In this document: positions 21,347 through 31,541 of the stretch, in pieces
How positions within the stretch are numbered: position 1 is the stretch's first letter
Layout of the letters: each line of letters opens with the position of its first letter
Program-made: the position numbers and the translations under genes
Assembly: GCA_964467255.1 (NCBI GenBank)
Contig: CAYXPR010000007.1
Span: 320-64,319 of the forward strand
DNA length: 64,000 bases
Source of the DNA: an uncultured Rickettsiales bacterium
Lineage (GTDB): Bacteria > Pseudomonadota > Alphaproteobacteria > Rickettsiales > RGZB01
Reading direction: 5' to 3'
The notes under the pieces: generated by a model
What the model was told of the DNA's origin: nothing
What the model saw: the letters and a program-made list of their open reading frames with translations, nothing else
Database searches by the model: none

Positions 21347-23197
21347 CTATTCGTCTTTTGCCTTTTTCTTTGCAGCAGGCTTCTTAGCAGATTTTTCTTC
21401 TGCGGAAGCTTCGTCTTTTTTCGCTTTCGGCGCTGCTTTCTTTGCAGGCGCTTTTACGTCCTTCTTGGATTTATCCAGAGCCATGCCGAGGATTTCACCC
21501 AAGGACGCACCGCTATCCGTTGAACCGTAGCTGGCAATCGCCTTCTTCTGTTCTTCGGCTTCGAGTGCTTTGATGGACAGCGAAATTTTGCGAGCGGCTT
21601 TATTTACCGTCATCACTTTCGCATCCACGCGGTCACCGACTGCGAAACGCTCAGGGCGCTGCTCAACACGGTCAGACGAAAGGTCAGAACGTTTGATGAA
21701 GCTCTTGATGCCATCTGCAACCTGCACTTCGATACCGTCGTCATTGACTGCGGTTACGGTGAAGGTAGAGACGCCGCCTTTTTTCAGGCCGCCCAGTGCA
21801 TCATCGCTGCCACCGGCGTTAGAGGAAGACGCAGAGGCTGCGCTGCCACCATCGGTAAGCTGTTTGATACCAAGGGAGACACGTTCTTTATCTGGTTCGA
21901 TGGAAAGCACTTTTACTTCCACTTCCTGACCTTTGGCGAAGTTTTTCAGTTCTTCGTCCGCATTGCCAGACCAGGTAACGTCAGACACGTGCACCAGACC
22001 ATCCACACCACCAGGCAGGCCAATGAACAGACCGAAATCGGTGATGTTCTTGATTTCGCCCTTCAGCACGGTGCCTTCTGGGTGTTTCGCACCGAACTGT
22101 GCCCATGGGTTTTCTTCGCACTGTTTCACGCCGAGGCTGATGCGGTGCTTGTTGGAATCGATATCCAGCACCATCACTTCTACTTCCTGGCTGACAGACA
22201 CGAGTTTGCTTGGGTGAACGTTTTTCTTCGTCCAGCTCATTTCAGACACGTGCACAAGGCCTTCGATACCCGGAGCCAGTTCCACGAACGCACCATAATC
22301 CGTGATGTTCGTGATACGGCCTTTGAAGCGACCCTTAATCGGGAAGCGGGTTTCGATATCGCGCCATGGGCTTTCTTCCAGCTGTTTCATGCCGAGCGAT
22401 ACGCGCTTGGTTTCTTGGTCGAACTTAATCACCTTCACTTTGATAGTCTGGCCAACGGACAGAACTTCAGATGGGTGATTGATACGCTTCCAAGAAATGT
22501 CGGTCACGTGGAGCAGGCCGTCGATGCTGCCGAGGTCGATGAACGCACCGTAATCGGTGATGTTCTTCACGACGCCGTCCAGCGTTACGCCTTCCGCGAT
22601 TTTAGAGAGCATTTCTTCGCGCTCTGCACTGCGGGTTTCTTCTAAGATAGCGCGGCGTGATACAACGATGTTGCTACGCTTTTTGTCCATTTTCAGAATC
22701 TGGAACGGCTGTTTAATGCCCATCAGCGGTGAAATGTCTTTCACCGGACGTACGTCCACCTGGCTACCAGGAAGGAACGCTACCGCACCGCCCAGATCCA
22801 CCGTGAAACCGCCTTTAACGCGGCCGAAGATAACGCCTTCAACGTTTTCAGCACGTTCGTGTGCTTCTTCAAATTTGGTCCATGATTCTTCACGGAGCGC
22901 TTTTTCGCGGGAAAGCATTGCTTCACCGTCGCGGTTTTCAATACGCTCGAGGTAAATGTCAATCGTGTCGCCGACTTTAATGTCTTCCGGTTCGCCGAGG
23001 CGGACGAATTCGCGGAATGGCACGCGGCCTTCGGTTTTGCCACCGATATCCACAATTACGAAATCTTTTTCAATAGCGGTAATCACACCTTTGGTGACCG
23101 CGCCTTCAGCTAAGAAAGAGGTTTCTTCCAGCAACTGAGCAAAATTTTCGCCCGTGTTGAAGTCCTGCATTTTTTCTGCTGCGTTTGATTTAACCAT
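21347..23197 (-). CDS. rpsA: 30S ribosomal protein S1 with Lys/Ala-rich C-terminal tail
   Basis: 616 aa with six S1-domain repeats (repeated ITDYGAFV/FGLFI cores). The last about 55 aa are K/A/E-rich. Confidence 0.96.
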   Translation of the reverse strand: MVKSNAAEKMQDFNTGENFAQLLEETSFLAEGAVTKGVITAIEKDFVIVDIGGKTEGRVPFREFVRLGEPEDIKVGDTIDIYLERIENRDGEAMLSREKALREESWTKFEEAHERAENVEGVIFGRVKGGFTVDLGGAVAFLPGSQVDVRPVKDISPLMGIKQPFQILKMDKKRSNIVVSRRAILEETRSAEREEMLSKIAEGVTLDGVVKNITDYGAFIDLGSIDGLLHVTDISWKRINHPSEVLSVGQTIKVKVIKFDQETKRVSLGMKQLEESPWRDIETRFPIKGRFKGRITNITDYGAFVELAPGIEGLVHVSEMSWTKKNVHPSKLVSVSQEVEVMVLDIDSNKHRISLGVKQCEENPWAQFGAKHPEGTVLKGEIKNITDFGLFIGLPGGVDGLVHVSDVTWSGNADEELKNFAKGQEVEVKVLSIEPDKERVSLGIKQLTDGGSAASASSSNAGGSDDALGGLKKGGVSTFTVTAVNDDGIEVQVADGIKSFIKRSDLSSDRVEQRPERFAVGDRVDAKVMTVNKAARKISLSIKALEAEEQKKAIASYGSTDSGASLGEILGMALDKSKKDVKAPAKKAAPKAKKDEASAEEKSAKKPAAKKKAKDE

Positions 23198-23348
23198 GAT
23201 AGAGGTCCTTTCGAATAAGCCATTGGGTTAGGTTAAAAATCCGCTTCAGGATGCATGTGGCTTAACAGAGCATGCTCTTAAAACGGCAGTAATTTTAGGA
23301 AAAAACAGCAGCAGCGGCCTTCTTTGAAGAATTGCGCGAACATGCGTA

Positions 23349-24014
23349 CTATTTAGACGGAACGTTGATGACTCTCAGCACCCGTTCCAAGACTGCATCC
23401 GGCGACATATCCGTTGTGTCGATATGCACCGCATCTTTTGCGCAGACGAGTGGGGCAATTTTTCGGCCCATATCCCGTTTATCCCTGCGCTCTAAGTCCT
23501 CTAAAACGGTGGAGTATATAGCGGCTTTCCCACTGGATTGCAACTGTTTAAATCGCCGCTCGGCGCGGGATTCAAGGCTCGCCGTAATAAAAAACTTAAA
23601 GTCCGCCTTGGGGCACACAACCGTGCCGATATCGCGCCCATCAAGCACCGCTCCGCGCTTATTTTTGGCAATTTTCCTTTGAAAATCAAGCAGTTCCTGC
23701 CGAACTTCGGGAATGGCAGACACAATGGAGGCGGCCTTACCCACTTCTTCGGTGGAAAGGTCATGCGCGCCCAGTTCTTCGAGTGAAATTTCGCCGCCAG
23801 CCACCCGAATGGCATAAGAAGCAACCTCGGTCGTTTGGTCTTCGGCCAAAGCAACGTCCCTGCCCGATAGCATCACTTTATAGCCCACATAGCGGTATAA
23901 GAGCCCTGTATCGAGGTAAACAAGGCCGAGGCTTTCGGCCACACGCCGCCCCAACAGACCCTTGCCGGAGGCCGCAGGGCCGTCAATGGCTATTACCAAG
24001 GGTTTTTTAGGCAT
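23349..24014 (-). CDS. cmk: Cytidylate kinase
   Basis: 221 aa with IAIDGPAASGKG P-loop. Confidence 0.95.
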   Translation of the reverse strand: MPKKPLVIAIDGPAASGKGLLGRRVAESLGLVYLDTGLLYRYVGYKVMLSGRDVALAEDQTTEVASYAIRVAGGEISLEELGAHDLSTEEVGKAASIVSAIPEVRQELLDFQRKIAKNKRGAVLDGRDIGTVVCPKADFKFFITASLESRAERRFKQLQSSGKAAIYSTVLEDLERRDKRDMGRKIAPLVCAKDAVHIDTTDMSPDAVLERVLRVINVPSK

Positions 24015-25360
24015 TACGCTTGCTCCATGGCAGCGCCAAAACCGTTCATCAGCTTCAAAAAGTCGGGAAAGCTGGTTTGAATCATGCTGGCATCATCCAC
24101 CGTGACTGGCTTTTTGGACACCATGCCCATGACTAAAAAGGCCATAGCAATGCGGTGATCCATATGGGTGGTAACCATGCCGCCACCCGCAACATCGCCA
24201 CCTGTGACCTCGAGCCAATCTTCGCCCGTTTTGTGTTTGATGCCGTTGGCCTTAAGACCAGCCGCAACAGCTGCAAGGCGGTCACTCTCTTTCACTTTAA
24301 GTTCCTCTAAACCCAACATGCGCGTGGTGCCCTTGGCAGCAGAAGCTGCCACGGCGAGAATGGGGTATTCATCAATCATCGACGGAGCGCGGCTGGCTGG
24401 CACTTCCACAGCTTTCAGCGCACTGTGGCGCGCCACAATATCTGCCACCGGCTCACCCGCTACTTCGCGCTTATTCTTGAATTTTATATCCGCACCCATT
24501 TCAAGCAATGTGTCATATAGACCTGTGCGATGCGGATTGATGCACACATTGCTGATGGTCACTTCTGCACCCGGCACGAGTAACGCCGCCACGATGGGAA
24601 ATGCCGCAGAGGATGGGTCAGCAGGCACAGTGAAATCTTTGGCTTTTAATTCCGGCTGGCCAGTGACAGCAATAATGGTGCAGCCTTCTTTTTGCCTCAC
24701 GCTCACTTCTGCGCCGAAGTGGCGCATCATGCGCTCAGTATGGTCTCGCGTGGGCTTGGGTTCAATCACCGTGGTGATGCCCGGGGTGTTCAGCGCCGCC
24801 AGCATAATCGCTGACTTCACCTGCGCCGATGCCACCGGCACTTCGTATGAAATCGGTAGCGGCTCATCCGTGCCTTTCAGCGTGAGTGGCAAACGGCCAC
24901 CCTCGCGTGAAGTTACTTCAGCACCCATCTGCGTAAGCGGCGTGATGACACGCGCCATAGGGCGCTTTCTAAGCGATGCATCGCCATCAAACGTGGAGGA
25001 AAAACCATAGGGCGTGACAAGCCCCATCATCAAACGGCAGGCCGTGCCGGAATTGCCCATGTCGAGCAAGCCAGATGGCTCCTGCAAGCCGCCAACACCG
25101 AGGCCCTCTACCTGCCATTCGCCATTTTTTAATTTCTCGATGCCTGCACCCATCAGGCGAAGTGCACCAGCCGTGTGGGTGACGTCATCGCTTTCTAAGA
25201 GCCCAGAAATTTTGGTGGTGCCAATCGCCTGCGAAGCAAGCATCAACGCGCGGTGCGAAATAGATTTATCGCCTGGTACCGTGGCTTTGCCTTTAAAAGA
25301 TTTTACCTTGCCTGATACGACAGGCTGAACACCTGATTCTTTTTTGAGCACCTTAGCCAT
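24014..25360 (-). CDS. aroA: 3-phosphoshikimate 1-carboxyvinyltransferase (EPSP synthase)
   Basis: 448 aa with PGDKSISHRALMLA motif. Its stop overlaps the cmk start. Confidence 0.96.
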   Translation of the reverse strand: MAKVLKKESGVQPVVSGKVKSFKGKATVPGDKSISHRALMLASQAIGTTKISGLLESDDVTHTAGALRLMGAGIEKLKNGEWQVEGLGVGGLQEPSGLLDMGNSGTACRLMMGLVTPYGFSSTFDGDASLRKRPMARVITPLTQMGAEVTSREGGRLPLTLKGTDEPLPISYEVPVASAQVKSAIMLAALNTPGITTVIEPKPTRDHTERMMRHFGAEVSVRQKEGCTIIAVTGQPELKAKDFTVPADPSSAAFPIVAALLVPGAEVTISNVCINPHRTGLYDTLLEMGADIKFKNKREVAGEPVADIVARHSALKAVEVPASRAPSMIDEYPILAVAASAAKGTTRMLGLEELKVKESDRLAAVAAGLKANGIKHKTGEDWLEVTGGDVAGGGMVTTHMDHRIAMAFLVMGMVSKKPVTVDDASMIQTSFPDFLKLMNGFGAAMEQA

Positions 25361-25363
25361 TGG

Positions 25364-25804
25364 TTAAAACGCCTTCCAGCGCATACCGCCCAGAATGAAT
25401 TCTGCATTTTCATCATTTGAGCCAAGCGGTAATAAAATTTCACGGAAACGGATGCGCACATTATGCGTGTTGGTAAATTCCGATTCAATGATGAGTGGCG
25501 CACGCGAGCGCAGCACCTGATTGATTTTTTCTGCCACTTCTACGTTTGAGGTGGAAATAAGATGCGCCGCCTCTTCTTCTGTTAGCTGGTCACCGAATGC
25601 CTGAATCAACTCTTCACCAAGATAAGAGTACTTATACGTACCGCCCGTTTTAAAATCTTTGGCATCGATAAGGAAGCAGCGCGCCCAGATGTCTTTCAGA
25701 CTATCTGGATCTACCTGCGTTTCTGAAGGGAAACGGCGCGAGCCTTTCAGCTCGGTCCAGTATTTCATCAACTGTTCGGTAATCCTGCGATCTTTTGCGC
25801 TCAT
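25364..25804 (-). CDS. Small PAS-fold protein (PAS_5/PF07310-like), function unknown
   Basis: 146 aa. LMKYWTELKGSRRFPSETQVDP resembles the alphaproteobacterial PAS_5 family signature. This is recall only. Confidence 0.45.
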   Translation of the reverse strand: MSAKDRRITEQLMKYWTELKGSRRFPSETQVDPDSLKDIWARCFLIDAKDFKTGGTYKYSYLGEELIQAFGDQLTEEEAAHLISTSNVEVAEKINQVLRSRAPLIIESEFTNTHNVRIRFREILLPLGSNDENAEFILGGMRWKAF

Positions 25805-25844
25805 GCTCTGCCTTTTAAAAGAACCTGCACTGTTTTACAACATC

Positions 25845-27128
25845 TTAGGCATTTGTCGCAAGCACAGAACCCGCAAGGTAGAGTGAACCACATATCAAAA
25901 TACGGCAGGGCGTGGTGCGCGTAAGGCAAATACGGCGCACAGCCTCTTCCACATTGGCAGCAATTTCAGCCTTGAGCCCTACCGTCTCTGCCGCTTTTTT
26001 AACTTCTGCCGGACTTTTAGCCGCGGGCTCGCCCGGCATTGGCACGGCATAAACTGTTTCTATTTTACCTTTAAAGGGTTTGAGAAAATTTTCTGTGGCC
26101 TTGGTTTTGAGCATGCCGCATACGAGGTAAAGTGGTGCATTGTTCCAATATTGGGCAGCATGGGTGGCTAATATTTGCCCCGCCGCCTCATTATGACCAC
26201 CATCCAGCCACAACTCAGTACCCTTATTCAGGAAATGCTGAAACTGCCCGCTGGTGAGGCGGTGCATTCGCGCCGGCCATTGCGCCAAGCTGATACCTGA
26301 GCCAATGGCCTTATCTGTTATTTTAAATGTTTTGCTTAGCTCAAGCGCTGCTGCAACTGCCGTACCTGCATTATTATATTGGTGCTGACCAACCAGATGC
26401 GGTGGCGGCAGTGAAAGGTTTTTGGAGGCCGCTACATAAGAGAACGTTTTGCCCTGCACCTCGATCTGCCATTCCTTACCACAACGCAGAAGTGGCGCAC
26501 GCTGATTCTTTGCATAGCGCTCAATCACTGCCAGAGCCTCAGCCACCTGCGGCCCGATTACACAGGTCACGTTCTGTTTAATGATGGCAGCTTTCTCGCC
26601 TGCAATTTCAGCGATGCTATTACCCAAGAATTCCATATGGTCCATGGAAATAGGGGTGATAACCGTGAGCACAGGCTTTTCAACCACGTTGGTGGAATCC
26701 AGCCTGCCACCAAGTCCTACTTCAAGCAGCACAATGTCCGCCTGCACTTCCGCAAAGGCTTCAAACGCTGCCACGGTCGTGCCCTCAAAGAAGGTAACGG
26801 GGATATTATTTTTTTCTGCCGTGACTCGGCATTTCTCAAGCACCTCATGCAGAAAATGATCGGTGATTTTCTGGCCCGCCAAAACGATGCGTTCGTTAAA
26901 CTCCACCAGATGCGGCGACGTGTATACGTGTACCTTAAGGCCAGCTGCCTCAAGCATTGCGCGCAAGAATGCAATGAATGAGCCTTTGCCATTAGTACCC
27001 GCCACATGCACCACCGGCGGAATTTTCCGGTGTGGGTTACCGAGCGCCTTGAGCAGCGCATGCATGCGCTCTAAGCCAAGGTCGATGGTCTTGCTAGCAG
27101 GCGGAATGGGCCAGTGCGGTATTTTCAT
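25845..27128 (-). CDS. folC: Bifunctional folylpolyglutamate synthase / dihydrofolate synthase
   Basis: HVAGTNGKGS P-loop and Mur-ligase fold. ATG 27128 is preferred; GTG 27134 is possible. It starts 2-8 nt after the stop of the upstream GT2 gene. Confidence 0.93.
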   Translation of the reverse strand: MKIPHWPIPPASKTIDLGLERMHALLKALGNPHRKIPPVVHVAGTNGKGSFIAFLRAMLEAAGLKVHVYTSPHLVEFNERIVLAGQKITDHFLHEVLEKCRVTAEKNNIPVTFFEGTTVAAFEAFAEVQADIVLLEVGLGGRLDSTNVVEKPVLTVITPISMDHMEFLGNSIAEIAGEKAAIIKQNVTCVIGPQVAEALAVIERYAKNQRAPLLRCGKEWQIEVQGKTFSYVAASKNLSLPPPHLVGQHQYNNAGTAVAAALELSKTFKITDKAIGSGISLAQWPARMHRLTSGQFQHFLNKGTELWLDGGHNEAAGQILATHAAQYWNNAPLYLVCGMLKTKATENFLKPFKGKIETVYAVPMPGEPAAKSPAEVKKAAETVGLKAEIAANVEEAVRRICLTRTTPCRILICGSLYLAGSVLATNA

Positions 27129-27135
27129 ACACACC

Positions 27136-27858
27136 CTATTTTTTTAGAAACCATGATTTCGGCTGGAAACGGTATTTCACTAAACACCAGAGCGCTTCAA
27201 GCCCGTGCCACAGGCGGATTTTTTTTCCCTCCTCTGTGGTGCGGCTGTTATAGCGGATAGGTAATTCAATAAAGCGTGCGCCCATGCGGCTAAGCTTAAC
27301 GGTAATTTCAGGGCAAAAACCAAAGCCTTCTTCTCGCAGCTCTACTTTCTGCAAAATTTCGGTGCGCAGCATTTTGTAACATGTTGCTTCGTCATGCAGC
27401 GGCCAGCCGGTTAGTACCCTTGCGACAAAAGTAAGTGCTTTATTACCAAAGCGGTGAATAAAACCATTAAAGCTACTCCCCTCGAAGAAACGGTTGCCAT
27501 ACACAGCATCCGCCTCGTCTTTCAGCAACGGCGCCAGTAATGCAGCATAATCTTTGGGGTCGTATTCAAGATCCGCATCCTGAATGATTACAGCCTTGCC
27601 TTTTACTTGACCAAGCCCAGAACGTATGGCAGCGCCCTTCCCGCGGTTTGCGGGATGAGCCACTACTTCCACCCGAGCATCACACGCCTTCCATGCCAGC
27701 GCTTTTTCCTTTGTTGTATCGGCGGAACCATCATCCACCACTATGAGCTGGATTACTTCCGGCTGAGCAAGCACCTGCCCGATAATCGTATCAATATACG
27801 ATGCCTCGTTATAGGCAGGCATTACCACCGACAGGCATGCTGATTTATTGGGGTTCAT
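27136..27858 (-). CDS. Family-2 glycosyltransferase (polyprenyl-phosphate sugar synthase-like, ArnC/GtrB/DPM1-like)
   Basis: 240 aa with SVVMPAYNE...VVDDGSADTT...QDADLEYDP (DxD) GT-A signature. Confidence 0.85.
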   Translation of the reverse strand: MNPNKSACLSVVMPAYNEASYIDTIIGQVLAQPEVIQLIVVDDGSADTTKEKALAWKACDARVEVVAHPANRGKGAAIRSGLGQVKGKAVIIQDADLEYDPKDYAALLAPLLKDEADAVYGNRFFEGSSFNGFIHRFGNKALTFVARVLTGWPLHDEATCYKMLRTEILQKVELREEGFGFCPEITVKLSRMGARFIELPIRYNSRTTEEGKKIRLWHGLEALWCLVKYRFQPKSWFLKK

Positions 27859-29734
27859 CTGAATCCGTATCTGGTTTATCGGCCCATCTTACAGCAAGAA
27901 GCTTATAAGGTGAAACCTCATCTGCTAACCCCTCTGGCTTGCCAAGTGCCAGAAAAATAACCTGTATGCCATACTGGTAATTTTCATTCATGGGCGCTTT
28001 AAACCGTATGCGCCTGCCACCCGGAATGTCTTCCTCGCTGATGCGCTCAAGCATTTCGCGCTGCACTTTGGCCCGCACCCAATGCCAATCGCTGTAAGGA
28101 ACTTTTACATTATTGTTTATGGCTAGGTCTACTTCCACAAACTCAATGTTTTCTGCAAATAATACAACCAGTGGCTTGGTTAAACCATTCTGACGGTTCC
28201 AGCCCACACCGTTAAAGCGAATATTTTGCATCGGCGCAAGGAATGGGTCTCCACGACGTGTGCTTTTTTGATCGCTTGTATATTCTGTTGGCAAAGTGAG
28301 AGAGGCCTGTTTTTTGCGATGCTGCATGGGATCCACTATCGTGTCGGGCCATGTTTCCCAACCGCGGCCAATAGTGCCGATACACCACACAACAAGAATT
28401 AACCCTCCGGCATAACGCAACCATTCATTTTTCAGTTTGCTGCCTGCAAAAATGATAAGCCCCGCAATCGTGGCGGCAAACACAGGAGCAAAGTCAGCAT
28501 AATACCGCGACGAAACGATAGGGTAACGTAAGTAAAAAATGACGAAGAGCGTGAATGGAATAACGCCCCACAGTGTTATGATTCCGGGAATGGTTAGTTC
28601 TAATGTTTTATTTTGGCAGAATGTCTTATAGCTTTTTTGTAACTCGCTAAAGCCCGCAGAAATACAAGCCAGGAATAACATAAGGTAAAAAATGCTATAC
28701 GTATGAAAATACAGTTCGCGCCAGCGAATCGTTTCTGACTGAAGTGGCATAAAATTGGGCGAAAAAAATTCAAAATCCGGCGTTTCCGGCTTTGTGACAA
28801 GGAACATCCCGCCGAATAATTCTTTCGCCGCACTTAGTAGCGGCTCATGTTGATAAGGATAATCAAAACGTGTGGAATACATGGCGCCGTAAGAGGGGTG
28901 TAAATTAATGGCGTGACCAAACTCAAGGGGGTGATCGAACCGCACCCAGTTTGTCCACAGCACGAGCATTATGCCAATTAGAGCAGGCATGGCTGCAACC
29001 ATAGATCGTGCTGCGGTTTTAAGCATAGGCTGATTTTTTGTTTTCTGGCCTAACTGCGTGGCGCCACCAACAAGAACAACAGCAATGGCATAAAATAAAA
29101 ACGTGGGACGAATCAAAACACCAAGCCCCGCCAGAAGACACAACGCACTATAAAACCGGCGTGACGGTTTGCGGTACAACGCGATTAAGCCAGAGAGCAA
29201 ACCCGTTGCATATATATATTGGTAGATAACGGCTTCTTCATAAATATCGAGCCGCGTGCGCAAGAGCGTCACGAATATGGGCAAACATAAAATACTAAGC
29301 GCTGCCAGAAGCCATACCCAGAAATTTTCCTCGCCCTTTTTGAGCCGTCCCTCCACGATGAATATCATTCGGGAGTGGCCTAGAAACACACGCAAAACAA
29401 CATAGGCCCAGAGCATAAGGGCAGCCAGCAACGGAATGCGGTCAGGCAACACATCAAGGCCAAACGCTTTAGCCAAAATGGTAAAGGGCAAGCGCCAAAG
29501 CGGTATGCCAAGCCCCCAGACCTGCTGAACGCCACCACCGCTCCATGTCATATCCATATCAAGATATGCCGGATCTTCTGAAATTAAAAACCGCCCATCT
29601 AAAAATGCATCCACCTGGTGACGGTAATGCAAATTCTGCGATTCTAAGCTCTCAAAAATTGGGCCAGTAATCCACCCGAGCAATAGAATGAAAGCAATGC
29701 TGCTTATGATTATGATTTTGTTCGAAATTTGCAT
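27845..29734 (-). CDS. Polytopic membrane protein, putative GT-C-fold glycosyltransferase (ArnT/PMT-like architecture)
   Basis: 629 aa with about 12 predicted TM helices. The first periplasmic loop is acidic (EDPAYLDMD) and there is a about 165-aa soluble C-terminal domain. 14-nt overlap with the GT2 gene. The assignment rests on architecture only. Confidence 0.45.
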   Translation of the reverse strand: MQISNKIIIISSIAFILLLGWITGPIFESLESQNLHYRHQVDAFLDGRFLISEDPAYLDMDMTWSGGGVQQVWGLGIPLWRLPFTILAKAFGLDVLPDRIPLLAALMLWAYVVLRVFLGHSRMIFIVEGRLKKGEENFWVWLLAALSILCLPIFVTLLRTRLDIYEEAVIYQYIYATGLLSGLIALYRKPSRRFYSALCLLAGLGVLIRPTFLFYAIAVVLVGGATQLGQKTKNQPMLKTAARSMVAAMPALIGIMLVLWTNWVRFDHPLEFGHAINLHPSYGAMYSTRFDYPYQHEPLLSAAKELFGGMFLVTKPETPDFEFFSPNFMPLQSETIRWRELYFHTYSIFYLMLFLACISAGFSELQKSYKTFCQNKTLELTIPGIITLWGVIPFTLFVIFYLRYPIVSSRYYADFAPVFAATIAGLIIFAGSKLKNEWLRYAGGLILVVWCIGTIGRGWETWPDTIVDPMQHRKKQASLTLPTEYTSDQKSTRRGDPFLAPMQNIRFNGVGWNRQNGLTKPLVVLFAENIEFVEVDLAINNNVKVPYSDWHWVRAKVQREMLERISEEDIPGGRRIRFKAPMNENYQYGIQVIFLALGKPEGLADEVSPYKLLAVRWADKPDTDSDEPQ

Positions 29735-29823
29735 AGTACGGAAAGATAGGTAAAGACGGCGCGAGAGTAAAGTTTAAATCGTTTTGCTGCCTTAGAAATC
29801 AACAGCTTGTGCATAATAACTCC

Positions 29824-29838
29824 TTAATCCTTTGTTAA
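29824..29838. promoter_or_regulatory. Perfect CtrA-type box TTAA-N7-TTAA
   Basis: TTAATCCTTTGTTAA, 23 nt upstream of ATG 29861, in a 126-bp AT-rich intergenic region. Confidence 0.5.
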
Positions 29839-29860
29839 TTAATATAAAGTATATTGTTCG

Positions 29861-31117
29861 ATGATGATAATACCGAAAAAAGCAGACCTTGATACCTATC
29901 TGACGCTGGATGAGCACGTTCAGCAAGGCAAGCTTATGCCCCCAGAAATCATGATGATTTTTGCCGCTGCGCCGGGCATGCCCAATTCAATCAATTGTCA
30001 TGACTGTGGAGTGGAACAGGCCAAAGCCAATTGGCGGGATTATCTGGAAAACCACACCGATAAGCATACGCGTTTAAAACCCAAAAGATTTTCTGAGCTT
30101 TATGAGCTTGATAGCCAAATCCGCGGAGGCCAAGCCGCCGTAGACTGGATGGTGGAAGACTTCCACACGATGGCAGAAATTAACCCCACCGTGGCTAACT
30201 CCTTTGCCAAAGGCGGGCAGCGTATTCTCTTCACTGCTGACAGCAGCATCATGGGGAGCGTTGGGATATGCTCGCACTATTTTGTTATAAAAGGACTGAT
30301 GTACGATATTTCCTATCCTATAGAACTGGCGGATTATAGACCCTATATTGCTTTGCCATTTACCGACAATGTGCTGGTGCATGAGATGGGGCATGGCTTT
30401 GATGCATATCTGCGCCACACCAATGCGCCTGTGTTTGAAACCCTCGTAACACTGGACAGGAACAGCCCCAAAACCTCTAGCAGCGACAAAAACAAAGAGC
30501 GCAGCCTTGCTGACCAATTGTGGATGATTATGGTCACGCGCCATAACAACACATACACTGATAACAGCCGCTCAAGCCTTTCAGAACAATTCGCGATTTG
30601 CAGTGAATATTTTTTCGGCAATAAGGAGGCACAGCCGGAACGCTCCCCAATGCTAGCCGCCTATTTTAATGATGTGGTGCTGCTAAGCCTTGAGATTATT
30701 GCATCTGATTTGCCAAAGGCAGCAAAGCTCGAAGGGCTACGTATGCTGAAAGAGACAATCCACGAGCCGCCTGAAAAATACTTCGGAGCAGATGGCGTTG
30801 ATATTTTTGCTAAAATGGCTGAGCGGCAAAGGTACCGCGCTGAAATGCCTTTAGGCCGTTCCAACGAACCTTTTTTTGAAGCGGATGATACATTGCTCGG
30901 AAAATTAAATGCCGCCGCGCATGCGACGCGCCATGATGACACGCCACATGTCCGCGCACTCAAAGACCGCGAATCTGCGAAAGCCTACGATGCGGTAGAA
31001 AAAACATTGGTCGAGGGCTTTGCCGCTGTTCGGCGCGATGTGATGGAAAAAATCGGACTCGAACTAACCCGTGAGCAGGAATCCTGCCACCTCAAATTAA
31101 GTGCGATTAAGCGTTAG
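29861..31117 (+). CDS. HExxH zincin metallopeptidase-like protein (MtfA/M90-like core), no signal peptide
   Basis: 418 aa. VLVHEMGHGFD is followed about 60 aa later by SEQFAICSEYFFG, resembling the HExxH...EFFAxxSExFF pattern of MtfA-type zincins. The C-terminal about 150 aa are helical and charged. Confidence 0.55.
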   Translation: MMIIPKKADLDTYLTLDEHVQQGKLMPPEIMMIFAAAPGMPNSINCHDCGVEQAKANWRDYLENHTDKHTRLKPKRFSELYELDSQIRGGQAAVDWMVEDFHTMAEINPTVANSFAKGGQRILFTADSSIMGSVGICSHYFVIKGLMYDISYPIELADYRPYIALPFTDNVLVHEMGHGFDAYLRHTNAPVFETLVTLDRNSPKTSSSDKNKERSLADQLWMIMVTRHNNTYTDNSRSSLSEQFAICSEYFFGNKEAQPERSPMLAAYFNDVVLLSLEIIASDLPKAAKLEGLRMLKETIHEPPEKYFGADGVDIFAKMAERQRYRAEMPLGRSNEPFFEADDTLLGKLNAAAHATRHDDTPHVRALKDRESAKAYDAVEKTLVEGFAAVRRDVMEKIGLELTREQESCHLKLSAIKR

Positions 31118-31541
31118 TATCTGACTTGCGGTCTTGCAGGAATTTGTTGATGCCCACTTCGTCGAGCATCAATCCTTCGCGGCGGTCAAGTTCGGCTTGC
31201 TCTTCGCGCTCTTTACGTTCTTTCATGATTTCGTATTTTTTCTGTTCGGCGAATTCGGCGCGGATGCGCTCTTCCTGAAAGCGGATTTTCTGCTCTGCAT
31301 CCGTAAGGATTCCTTTTAACCTTTCGCGGGTTTGGAGAGAGCGCTTGAGGTAGTTGGTGTAGGTAAACTGCCCTTCTTCTGACTCGCTTGCCAGCTTTTG
31401 TTCCGCCTGCATTTCTTTTTCAAGATTGGTAAGATGTTTGACCGTTTGATCGCGCGCATCGAGCAAAATCGCCAGCTCTTTACGCATATCATCCAAGCGA
31501 CGCTTGTGGATTTTTATGAGTGTGCTAAGCGACTTTGTCAT
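31107..31541 (-). CDS. fliJ: Flagellar export chaperone FliJ
   Basis: 144-aa coiled-coil protein overlapping the fliI stop by 4 nt. The call rests on position and size. Confidence 0.7.
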   Translation of the reverse strand: MTKSLSTLIKIHKRRLDDMRKELAILLDARDQTVKHLTNLEKEMQAEQKLASESEEGQFTYTNYLKRSLQTRERLKGILTDAEQKIRFQEERIRAEFAEQKKYEIMKERKEREEQAELDRREGLMLDEVGINKFLQDRKSDTNA

